Both the position numbers and the translations under genes were made by a program. The notes under the pieces were generated by a model, which was not told where the DNA came from, searched no databases, and saw nothing but the letters and a program-made list of their open reading frames with translations. DNA of 64,000 nucleotides from Octopus vulgaris (taxonomy: Eukaryota), in the NCBI GenBank assembly GCA_951406725.2, contig OX597831.1, positions 1,364,001-1,428,000 of the forward strand, written 5' to 3'. Shown piece by piece: positions 1-11,548 of the stretch. Within the stretch, counting starts at the first letter, position 1; each line of letters begins with the position of its first letter.

Positions 1-207
1 GGCCATATCCGGCCAAAAGTATTCTGCCTGTTTTATGTTCAAACTGGCCATATCTGGTCTCTCACACCAACCTTACAATATCTTTTAAAAAATTAACAGC
101 TACCTCATCAAAATCTCATAGTTGCAAGATAATGCATGATCAATTCAAAAGAATGTGGATGAAGAAGCATTAATTTTGGTAGAATAATGCGAACACTAAA
201 GGGTTAA
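1..207. mobile_element. piggyBac-type MITE (left end outside window)
   Basis: Ends in CTAAAGGG-TTAA (196-207). The body is the reverse complement of the copies at 10391 and 56561. Confidence 0.7.
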
Positions 208-594
208 AAGAAGACTGAAAGAGAAAGAAAAACAATTTGACATAATAAACTGACACTGTTATATTGCACACTAACACTCTTACTCAATTACTACTCCATT
301 ACAACTTTCAACCCTTCTACATTTGAGTTCTTGACTCATTCCTGTTTAATTCCAAAGAGATCTTGGACTTGTGGGGGAAGGGTTTTAGCTGCATCTAGAT
401 GTCCCTGTGAAATTTAGTAATAATCATTGAGAAATGGTAACACTGTTTCAGTATAGACAAACATCACCAATTATGTGCACACACATATGCATGATATTTT
501 ATATATACATTTATATAATAAATATATTTAATACACACACACACACACATGTGCGTGTATATGAATACATGTGTGGGTGAGTGTGGTGTAACAG

Positions 595-1330
595 TTTTGT
601 TTACACCAAGATCAGCCCTCATTGAACCTATGACCAATGATTCCAAACCATAATCAAATCCACACACACACAAGACATAATGCATATTATCAAGCATGTC
701 CTTTTTCCATACAGTTACGTATGGCTTAAAGATCTAGCTGCTATTTTTAACAGGTAGGGCAACTACAAAGTGACTCACGATGACTTGTGGAATTTATTAC
801 TACTATTTTACTCCAGGTCAACCACGATTGACCAAACCTAAGCTCTAAGGCATTCCAACCATGATCATCTCATCTGTTTAGGGTTATGTAAAATGAAAGT
901 ATCTAATGTTTTCTGTCCTAATGCAGTGTTCTATTGGCTGCTACTTCTAGCAAATAGAGTGACCACATTAAGGTTCCTTCATTGGCTTGAGGTGTTTATT
1001 GTAATTGTTTAGCTCAGGACAACTCTGACAGAGCAGACTTGTGACCGAAGACAGTCTCATCACGACTATATTACCTGGTGTGTCATTCAATAGTGTAAAG
1101 TGGTGTTGTCTTTTTTTTGTTTAACCCCAGGTCAAACCCAATCGAACAGATCTGTGATTAATGACAATCCAGCCGTGATTATCACATCTTTTAAGGACGA
1201 CTGCATTATCGGATGTTTTCCGTTTTTTTCTTTCTTTTCCGTGTCTTAAGACGTTTTGATGAAGTGCACTCGGTAGTTAGCCCTGGTTCAAGCCTGATGA
1301 CGCAGACCTACGATCTAAGGCGAACCTCGA
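595..1330 (-). repeat. Tandem degenerate copies of a ~210-bp retroposon fragment with (AAC)n tail
   Basis: A CCCAGGTCAACCCTGAT..AGCAGACCTATGATC....CATTCCAGCC-like motif recurs near 605, 815, 1013, 1125 and 1280. The same family recurs throughout the window (e.g. 13040, 14760, 55830-56220). Confidence 0.6.
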
Positions 1331-3378
1331 CGTTGTGTTTATTGTATATAATCTGTAATGGATGTAGTTGTAGTGTGGTGTCGAGGTAAAAAATATATAT
1401 ATATATTGCAGTGTGGCCTCCGAGTCTAGTGTTGTTGTTGTGGTGGAGGTGGTAGTGGGAATAATGTAGTGTTGCTGTTGGAGTGTCAGTAGTAGCAGCA
1501 GCTTCTTGGCTTCACATCTTAAGTCTTCTTTGACCAAAATCAGTTTTGTGGCTGCTCTTACTACTACTACTACTACTACTATTACTACTAGCACGACGAT
1601 GACAACAGCTACAGTGATCAACATCACTACTGTTGTGGTTGTTGTTGTTACAATGGTTTTAGGCGGATACCCAGAGAATAAGGGTTGGAACAAAATGGTC
1701 GAACTGTGTCTCCCCTATAAATTATGATCATGTCAAGGCACAACCTTTGTTTTAATCTCGAATTTCGTCGAAGAACGGCAAAAGAAAAAAAAGTCTTCAG
1801 GAAATGATAGATAATGTAAATAATATAAATTCACGAATTAATAAATAATAACAACAGCAATTAATAATCTTAACTTTTTTACGGGGGTTAATAACAGAAA
1901 TCCAGTTGAACAAATACGATTATATAGAAATAAATAAACAGAGAAATGGGTTGTCATACGATTGTATGGAGAGAATTATAAAATATAAAGCAAAACATGA
2001 TAAGAAAATAAGACGGATGAACCGATATCTATTTAATTGTAACAATATTATATATTAATTATTCATGTAGTCTTCATTTAAAATTGAGATGTAAGAAAAC
2101 AAACAAGATCGATCATCTTCCCTGGTTTACTTCGGGTGAAAGAAAATGGGATGTAGTGTCGTTCATTCTTTTGCCGAGAAAGAAACATATCAACGGACGT
2201 AAATGAATGTAAGAAAGAATAGCTCGAGGCGGGAGTTGCCGGGAGCTTAGAAACTTAAGTCGGCTGCAGTTGTGTTTGATTAAATAAAAGGTAAATAAAG
2301 AAACACTACATCAAACAAACAAACAAATAAATAAACGGCAAGTAAATGTGGATGAATGGATGTTAATGTTTTCACCTCCTTCCACATCCACCTCCAGTAG
2401 CTGAATAAGGATTATCTCACAAGATAAATATATGTAAAGGTACACACACAGACACACACACATACATACATAAACTGACAGATCTACAGATGACGGGTGA
2501 CCACTTTATAAGTTATTGGCAACTGAGAGTTGATCCTCCACTTTGTAACCAAACTATTTACAGTCACGAATCTATATACATATATACACACACACACACA
2601 CATACATACATACGCATACATATATGTATAGTCATATACGTAGACACAACAGACACGCACCACATACATAGGTATAAACATATACACATGCATTTTAATA
2701 AATTATGTTAATGACAAAGTGTCATAAATAAATATTAGATTAATCCTACCTTACAGGCGTGATGAAGAAGAGAAGCGCCAGGTGAAAGAAGACAATGGTC
2801 CAGTGAGGCGCTTCTCAAACGACTGGTTAGACTAGATAAAGACTAGGGTTATTGAGAACAGCGATGTTTTATTAGCTGCCACTTATGGAGTCGGCAGAAG
2901 TTGTGGAAGAACATGGTAAGGGAGCGCATATGGAAACAGTGTGGTAACAGACGATTCAATTTACTTTGATATTTATTCGCTTAAAAAGGAATTTGAATAA
3001 AAAATTTCACTAAGATAGAAAACCGAACATGAACCTCATTAGATATTATTAAACGAAATGTGATGTTAATTCGTTGATAATTTTATATCGGTTTTTCTTT
3101 GAATTAATTTGTCCTACGAAATAATGTTTTCTCCCCGACTAAGTGCGTGAGCCATCTGGTTTGACTTTAGCTGTTGTTTGTGCATAATTAACCTAGAAAC
3201 ACACGAATTGGAAATATGTATTTTTAATGTATTAAAATATGAAATAAATAAGCTAATTATCGAAAGGAACTATTTCTGCTGGCTGTGAATAAAAAGCAAT
3301 ACAGTTGCTATTTAAATGAATTCGTCTCAGAAAAAAAAAAAGTGTTGTAGCTAAGAGGTGGGGAGGGAGGAAAACTAG

Positions 3379-3445
3379 CCGGAAGTTTACTGTTTTTGAA
3401 ACGGAAGTAGCAATCACGTGATACAAACATTAGCCAAAATGGCAG
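3379..3445 (+). promoter_or_regulatory. VPS41 proximal promoter: two ETS boxes, palindromic E-box/CLEAR site, YY1-like site
   Basis: CCGGAAGT at 3379-3386, ACGGAAGT at 3401-3408, ATCACGTGAT at 3413-3422, and CAAAATGGC overlapping the ATG. All lie within a CpG-retaining region. Confidence 0.65.
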
Positions 3446-3471
3446 ACACGGATTCGGGCCAAGTCGAAGAG
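3439..3471 (+). CDS. VPS41: VPS41 coding exon 1 (MADTDSGQVEE)
   Basis: ATG in AAAATGG context directly after a promoter motif cluster, then 11 codons and a GAG|GTAAAG donor (phase 0). The acidic N-terminus resembles the VPS41 N-terminus and joins exon 2 in frame. The assignment relies on the downstream exons. Confidence 0.8.
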
Positions 3472-4261
3472 GTAAAGTAATTTTCAGCTTTAAGCATTGA
3501 ATGTATGGTATAAATTTTTTACCTACCTCAGTCTATTATATCGGCCGTATTGTCATCTATGTAATGAAATATCCAGAGAAGCGTTACAGCATGATGTGGT
3601 TACGCAAAGCAACACTGTAGAAAAACTCATATTTTATGCTAACCTCACCTAAGAAGTGATATGCACAGCTGTTGTTCTGTCTAATGACAAACACTAAAAT
3701 AATGTATTTCTTGCGGTTATATTTGTGGTTGTACCGCTCGTATTTATAAGTTTGTATGATATCATTTTCTTTGTTCTGCACGTCTTCTTGCTATCGATTG
3801 TCTTTCTAGTCTGAATGAATTATTATTAATAGACGTAAAATACATCGATTAAAGTAGGAGGACGCGTTTCATGATCCGCCCATTTAACTTTTCACTAAAC
3901 ATGTTCAATCGACTTTAATAAATTACTTTACATATATATATATATATATAATATTGTGTGTGTTTATATTAGATATATGTGTGTGTGTGTAGAAAACTTA
4001 TAGTAGGAAGCTCTCTTAAAATGAGTATTTCAACTTGTTTTATTTATATGTATTTCGTTCCACTATTTACTTCAATGGAAGACTTGGGGGGAAATTACGT
4101 AGGGACACGGGTACAATTTACTTCACCGTTTTTTTGTTTGCATTAAAATCAACCCTTTATTATATATACACCGGCATGTGGATTTTGTTTATTCTTGTTT
4201 CTGTTGTTATAAATACCCCGGGTAGGTAATGAACTCGGGTATTTATTGTTGTTATTATTAG

Positions 4262-5530
4262 TGGGGCGGTCAGCTGGCAGAATCATTAGCACGTCGAGCC
4301 AAATGCTTAGTGGCATTTTATCCGTGTTTACTTTCTGATTTCAAATGCCACCGAGGTTGACTTTGCCTTTCATCCTTCCAGGGACGATAAAATAAGTAGC
4401 AGTCGAGCACTGGAGTCGATAATACCGACTTACCCCTACCCCTAAAATTATTGGTCTTGTGCCAAAATTTGAAACCATTATTTATAGATGGCGGGGACTT
4501 GCAGAATAGTGGACATCCGTTCTATTTTCGATGAAACGCTGTATTGAATTTGTGTAGAAATCTCGTCCAAATCACTAAGCCTACATTAATATGCTAGGTT
4601 GATTATATCTTCCTCTAACAAATAAAATGAAAACAAACCATTATTACAACTTGAAAGGATAGTAGTCAGAGTCAACCTCGGCGAGATCCGAACTCAGAAC
4701 TTAAGCTGTTGACCTTTACGTCGTGAGTTGATATCTTGTTGAGGTCGACTTTGCCTCTCATCCGTCTAGTGTCGATCAGATAAATACCAGTAATGTACTA
4801 CCTTCGATGAAGTAAGGCATCAATCAAGTATTTAGGGTTCCTATAAAATGACTGCACACGCCCTCACCCGACTCCAAAGAAATAGTTGTTTGCCTTGTGC
4901 TTAAACAAGAAGCAATTGTTAAAGGGTGGTGAATTAGCAAAATCATTATAGCCTCGGACACAATGCCTTAAAGTATTTGTTCCACCTCTAGTTCTTAGTT
5001 AAAATCCTACAAAAGCCAACTTTGCCTTCTTTATCCATTTGGTGTTGATAAAATACAATGTCAATCATGTAATTGGGTCAATGTCATTAATGAGTCCCCT
5101 CTCCAAAATTTCTGGCATTGTGCCTAAGAAGCATTATTATTATTAAGACATGAGCTGGCAGAATTGTTAGCACATCAGAGACAATGCTTAGTGCTTTCTT
5201 CTAGTTCTTTACCTTTTGAGTTCAAATACTGTCAAGATCAACTTCACTTTTCATCCTTTCAGGGTCAATAGAATATAGTACCAATCAAGTCCTGGGATTA
5301 ACATAATCCGTCTTGCTAAAATTGCTAGCATTGTGCCAAAATTTGATACATTATCATTAAGTGATGGATTGGTTGAATCATTAGTGTCAGACAACCTCAT
5401 GTGGTATTTGTCATGGGTCTTTATGCTCTGAGTCCAAATCTCAACAAGATCAGCTTTGCTTTCATTCTTTTAGGGTCAATAAAATAAAGTACCAATCAAG
5501 TTTTGGGATCAATTTGATTTACCCACATCT
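4262..5530 (+). mobile_element. Cluster of tRNA-derived SINEs (family B; GCCTTTCATCCTTTCGGGGTCGATAAA core)
   Basis: About five mostly head-to-tail copies with a GGCAGAATC.TTAGCA head, GAGTTCAAAT B-box and conserved central domain. Confidence 0.75.
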
Positions 5531-5749
5531 AAATTCAATAGTAAAAGTATTAGTGGTTAATTGGGTTCAGGTGGATTGACTGTAATGCTTACTTAAAAAA
5601 TGCAGAGCTCTGTTCCAGTATCGAAAAATGATTGTCATAAGGATATTTTTTTTTTGTCATTTATTTTGATTCTTAAAGTCATAACTAAGATGCTGGATTA
5701 AATGCATTGCTTATAATTTGCTTACATCATTCTCCAGTTTGAATTCCAT

Positions 5750-6180
5750 TTAATTCCATGAAATATTGAGGCCAATGCAAGCTCAAGTGCAAGTAACATT
5801 ATTGCAGTACCTCTCACAGTACTGAGTGGTATTCTTGCTACAAACACAAATATCCTTGAACACATTAAAAAAGTGGCCACTTGGCTGATGTGTTAAATAT
5901 TTTCTCAGTCACTTTCATCGCTATTATAAAGGTTTCTATACCATCAGGCTGTATACCACTTCTGTTCTGTCCCATTTGTTGTATCCATTCTATACCTCTC
6001 ACCAACTTCTATGTTTCATTCACCCCAACTTTATGTCAGATCATGTACAAAACCCAACTGCAACCATCTGGAATTTCATCCCCTGAACTGAACATCAGCC
6101 ACCTTGATCTCACCTGTCTGGAAGTGATGCCTGTGAAAGTCATGAGCATCACCTATCCTTGTTTGTATCTTTTTGAAAGT
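5750..6180 (+). mobile_element. Decayed CR1/L2-type LINE, ORF2 C-terminal relic
   Basis: Frame-broken peptides LEHIKKVATWL, HFHRYYKG and TIWNFIP resemble the LD.IQKRA.RLI / LFYRYY.G / LWNSLP tail of CR1/L2-group RTs. Confidence 0.45.
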
Positions 6181-6739
6181 TGTTACATTTAGGCTACATC
6201 AGTAGCCTAAATGCAACAACTTTCAAGGTATTATAAAATCTGTCCAATTCTCCAATATATGTGGCCTTTGTGCCAGAAATTGACATATAAAATTGTTTTT
6301 TTTCTGTTTTAATCTTGTGACTTTATATTTTATTTATTTTTTGTAAAGAAATGTTTGTTCCATATTTTCTGTTCAGTTTTCATGTTATGTGTTTATTTAT
6401 TTATATATTGTTTTTTTCTTTTGTATTATTATGCCTTTATATTATGTACCAGTCAATGTCACAGTTATGTGTAAGTATGTATGTACCTCCCCACTTTAAT
6501 GTCAGTAATGCCAGTGCATGTGTCTTCAAACAAATTTTGAAATAGAATTTCTTTACTGGACTAAATAACTCATTACATTTAGTTTTTTTTTTCATATGTC
6601 TTAAAGAAAACATGCTAAACCAATGGAATAAGAATACCAGTGGTTGAACCCATCAGCCATACCATCATACCATTCCTTTCATTATAATTGTGACATTTTG
6701 TTAGTGTAAGAGATCGTTATTATTACATTACTACTCTAC

Positions 6740-6974
6740 AAGGCGGCGAACTAGCAGAACCGTTAGCACGCCTGGCGAAATGCGTAGCTGTATTTCGTCT
6801 GCCATTACGCTCTGAGTTCAAACTCCGCCGAGGTCGACTTTGCCTTTCATCCTTTCAGGGTCGATAAATTAAGTACCAGTTATGCACTGGGGTCGATGTA
6901 ATTGACTTAATCCCTTTGTCTGTCCTTGTTTGTCCCCTCTATGTTTAGCCCCTTGTAGGTAATAAAGAAATATG
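6740..6974 (+). mobile_element. Young family-B SINE with a 20-bp target-site duplication
   Basis: TTATTACATTACTACTCTAC occurs at 6720-6739 and 6975-6994, flanking a CpG-rich SINE with A/B boxes. Confidence 0.9.
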
Positions 6975-7735
6975 TTATTACATTACTACTCTACTTCAGC
7001 AGTAATCTCTTTTTTTTTTTTTTGCACTTCTCTTTTCTTCTTTTGTCACAAGTTTCATCATATTCAGCTTTGTATCAGCAATATGTGGAATAATCTTTGA
7101 TCATGAACCTCTTGGATTTGTGCAAGCTATCATTGACAAAAATATCTAAAATGAATTATTAATAAGATAATTTTTTTCACACTGCTGTAAAGTGGTAGGC
7201 AATAGAAAGGGCATCCAGTCATAAAACACAATATACACAGCAACAAAGATTAGCAGTTTTCTAAAATGTGGGTATCAGACAGCAAAGGAATGCAGCAACA
7301 TAAGAGATTATAGTGGATCACATTTGTCCAACCCATGACAGCATAGAAAAACAGATGTAAAATGATGGTGATGATTGACCTTAAAGATTGAAAATTTTCT
7401 AATATTTCCATCTTCACCATATTTTGATGGGATTGATCTGTGATTAATGTATAAATTGAACATCATTGGGGAAACTTTTTATCTGGATAACTAGGCAAAT
7501 TGGAGATAATTTTGATAAGAAATTTCTAAAGAACTAATCAAATCTGTTTGTTGTTGATGTGGTATAAAATCTTTTTAGAATTACTATGTTACCCAAATTA
7601 GTATTTGTTCAATTCAACCTAGAACCATAGAATCTGTAGCAGCACTAGGTAAAATTGATAAACTCAAATGCTACATCTCTGTCAAGAAGGCAAACTCACT
7701 CTGGTCATGTTATTGCTGATTTGAGCTATCTACAT

Positions 7736-7952
7736 CAGTGGTTCTCAACAGGAGTCCATATCAGATTTTGTTGTTAAAATTTGTGTACAATAAACTGGTT
7801 ATACTTCTAAAGTACACAAAATATTTAGATTTTTTTAAATACAAATCCTAATGATATTTAATTCTAAAAATATAATAGGGTTTATAAACATCGAATGGCT
7901 AATTGGATCCACCCAAATAAAATAAAGATCAAAAAATGGTTGAGAACCTCTG
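7736..7952. mobile_element. hAT (Charlie-like) MITE
   Basis: TIRs CAGTGGTTCTCAAC ... GTTGAGAACCTCTG, with 8-bp flanks ATCTACAT and ATGAACAT (6/8 match) consistent with a hAT TSD. Confidence 0.75.
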
Positions 7953-10390
7953 ATGAACATAAAGACAGCTGTTTGCCAAATTCCAAGGTCAATCACCATT
8001 TTTCTGTGACAGTGAGATGGGTGACAAGTGACCTCTAGATCATCTGGAATTTGAATTTAACTGTCAGGTGCATGTGTGGATGTGTGGTTGAGAAGCTTGT
8101 TTCCCAACCATGTGGTCTCAAGTTCAGTCCCACTCTGCAGGACCTTGGGCAAGTGTTTTGTGAAATAGCTCTTGAGTCAACCAAAGCCTAATGAGTGGAT
8201 GAGATAGACAAAAACTGAAGAAGCTCATCATATTTTGAGTTTGAATGATTGTCCATCGATACCTTGCTTGCTGTAAGCGTGTCCACCTATTGTATTATCA
8301 AAGGTATGAAACTTATTGCCTGCATTTAAATCCTGTGTATATTGGTTTCAAATTTTGACACGAGGCCAGCAAGTTCAGGTAAAGGGTAAGCAAATTACAT
8401 CACCTCCAGTGCTCAACTGATATTTATTTTATCGATCCCCAAAGGATGAAGTGCAAAATCAACCTCAGCAGCATTTGAGCTAAGAACATAAAGACTGAGG
8501 AAATGCAACTGAGCATTTTTCCCAGTGTGCCAGCTTACTGCCTTCCAAATCCTGTGTGTATTAAATGAGATATACATATATGTGTGAGTATACCCTTGTC
8601 TTGACATCACATAATAGTTGTAAATGAGCATTGCCATCATACAAACGATGTTGTTCATTTCCAGTCTTACATGAAAATTGTGCCTGGCTATGGGAAAATA
8701 TAACTTTACTTGTAAACAGGTGAGAGTTGGTGACAGGAAGGACACCTGCTTATAAAAAAGCTGTCTTAACAAATACTCTCTGACTCTTACAAGCATGGAA
8801 AAGTGGACATTAGATGATGGTGATTAGCATTACAATCCCTCTAGAGATCAAAGTCATTCAGAGTTGTTGTTGTTGTCTACCCCTGATCAGTGCAGACTGA
8901 GCAACCCTATAGTATGTAAGTAGTCTATTACATTACTAGATGAGATCTGCAAATCCATTGGCCTTGATATATCATTCTTCTGTCAAGTGGAAGACAAAAT
9001 CATTTGTGTTCTAATATGCGGGGATTTGTTGCCTGGAGTATTGTGTGACATTCTTGGTATTTTGCTTTTTTTTTTCCCCCCCCCCCCACTACCCTTAGCA
9101 AAGGTATCAAGATTGACATGATTGCTATGTGATAATTGTTATTCCTCTGCACTCATTATTGATGTTAATTATTCTAGCACAACATTTAAGACTAATTAGT
9201 TTATTAAGGTTCTACTTTTGTGTTTGTTTTACCCAAATGGTAGGCATAGGGTTTCAAAGTTTGTGTTGTGGTTGTGATTGTTACACTTGTTTGTTTAGTT
9301 CCAAGCCAACCTTGATTTAGCATTCCATCCATGGCCATCCCCCTCTTGGGAATATGTAGTATTGCATTATCCAGTGTAACCTTTCTGTTTTTACAAACGT
9401 AAAGGATGATTTGAAGGATAATTGGATGCTGTTTCTAGCAGCTCAAGTGACCATATAGATTGGTCATAGACACCTTTGCAGCCTGCAGGATTTTCTGAAT
9501 GGCACACTAAATGACAAATTACCTGGAAATGTTTTAGTAATGTGGTCCAACTGATGATGAGCCATATCTCATGCAGCCTGCTTTTTGAAATGATTGCCTA
9601 TGCCTGATACAGATGTTCCCTTATTAGCTTACTTGGTATTGTTACAATCTCCTGATGCTCCCTTATTGGCTTACTTGATGTTGTTGTAGTCTTCTGTGGT
9701 GTTTGAAGTTGATTGCATGTGTGTTGATTGGGACTATGGGGATTAACAATTTTTTGCAGCAGTGGTCTTCCACTCAATAGTCTTGTGTTATTGCATAGGT
9801 GGTCAGTTAATGTTGTCTTTGCAATTCACACAATGCTATGAAATTTGCTGGTGGGGGAGTACCATTGGAAGTTGAAATCTTTCACAAATATGTATGAATT
9901 TTACATCTTGGTGAAAAAAGTCTGCAAGAACATATAGTTAAGTGCAGGTGAGTATGTCCATTGTGATGAGCCAGTAAAGTTAAGTTAGTAAGTATAAAGC
10001 TTTCCTGCTAGCAATAAATGTGTGACAAATAATTTGTGATGCAAGTGATGCGTATTTCTGTAGTGGTTGTATAGTTCAGTCATATAGAAGATAAACTTTT
10101 AAAATATCTAAAGCCAGAAAGTGAGATCTGAAGTGTTATACAGTGTAATTAGTGACACATTTGCACTGCAACCATTTGAGACATTTTTAAAGAAATGTCA
10201 GAGGCCTTGTGGTTCTATTTAATCTCAAATTAGTGCTTGTAATATAACATCCAGATGAATGGATGACTGTGGTAAGAAGTTTGCTTCTCAAATACGTGGT
10301 TCCAGGTTAGTCCCACTGCATGGTACCTTGGGCAAGTGCTTTCTACTATAATTTGTTAAGATACAGTCATTTTGTTATCATCATCATCAT

Positions 10391-10617
10391 TTAACCCTTT
10401 AGCATTCAGATTATTCTGTCAAATATAATATTTATTCATCCATATTGTTTTAAGCTAATCATGCATTATTTCGTGGCTTTAAGATTTCCATGATGTTATC
10501 ACCTGTTTTTAGATTGACATTATAGGTTGGTGTGAGATATCAAATCTGGGCAGTTTTAACAGAAAACAGGTAGATTATTTGGGCCAGTTATGGCCGGTTT
10601 AAACACTAAAGGGTTAA
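10391..10617. mobile_element. piggyBac-type MITE with TTAA TSD, nested in an RTE-type tail
   Basis: TTAA-CCCTTTAG...CTAAAGGG-TTAA. Removing it restores CATCATCATTTAATGTCCATTT, the RTE-type tail seen elsewhere in the window. Confidence 0.85.
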
Positions 10618-11507
10618 TGTCCATTTCCCATGCTGGCATTAACTGTAGTATTCATTTAAACACTAGGTACTTACTATATTCTTGACTTTGTTGCAAATTC
10701 CTCCACAGTAAAAATGTGATGCATAATTTCTGCATACCCAATTATATGGTGTTGTCTCCTTAACACATACAATGGAAATGCATTCCCAATCTTCCCATTC
10801 AGTAGCAGACAGTATGTGTATACACCAGATTAATAATGATAAATATATTTTGCTAAAATCTTCATTATTTTCAAAACTAATTTAAACAAAGACGGTGTAT
10901 TTCAACAGAAATGTGGTAACAAAACAGGTTAATACTCAACACTTAACCAAAGGTTGTATAAAGCATTTTCATTTAACCCTTTTTGACTATATTTCTAATG
11001 AGCGAACTGCTTATCTGTTTCAGTTATTTTTCAATATTCTTTTCTCCTGTTAGTTATTTCTGTTTATCAAATCCACTCACAAGATATCAGTCTGGGACTA
11101 TATAGGATGACATTTGCTTAAGGTACCAATCCAGTTTTTGAAGTGGTTTAGTAAAATATTTGCAACTTCATGTATATATTATGTAATATTTATATCAGTC
11201 ATGATACCGTTCACACTATAACAAGATATTCATTTAGATATGAATGATGATGATGATTACTATGGCACAGGTGGAGTGGGACAGATTGTTGCTAAAAGGA
11301 CTAAAGTAGGCTAGATAATAACTAGTATTTGACACTGAAGATATATTTTATCTAGAGGACTTCAAGGGACATGAAAATATTTCTTGGTTCTAAAGAAACA
11401 CTTAAATCTCTCATATAGTTTAGCTATATTGAGAATATAGTGCTTTGTAGTGACATCCATATTTGATTTGTATGTATTCGAAGAGTTTGTGTGTGTATAT
11501 GTATATA

Positions 11508-11548
<41 letters not shown>

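Larger units (their letters stand above)
1150..4870. promoter_or_regulatory. CpG-retaining (CpG-island-like) domain around the VPS41 start
   Basis: CpG dinucleotides are frequent here by eye and scarce in most of the intron body. Boundaries are approximate and were not computed. Confidence 0.55.

Noticed and set aside
1294-1330. CTGATGA as a second hammerhead core
   Set aside because: It is followed by GAAC rather than GAAA, has no stem I, and is a variant of the (AAC)n-tailed repeat.
1277-1727. Thr/Val-rich ORFs resembling membrane or mucin proteins
   Set aside because: They are driven by (CTA)n/(GTT)n triplet repeats with no recognisable family. The region could be UTR of an upstream or divergent transcript, but this is unsupported.
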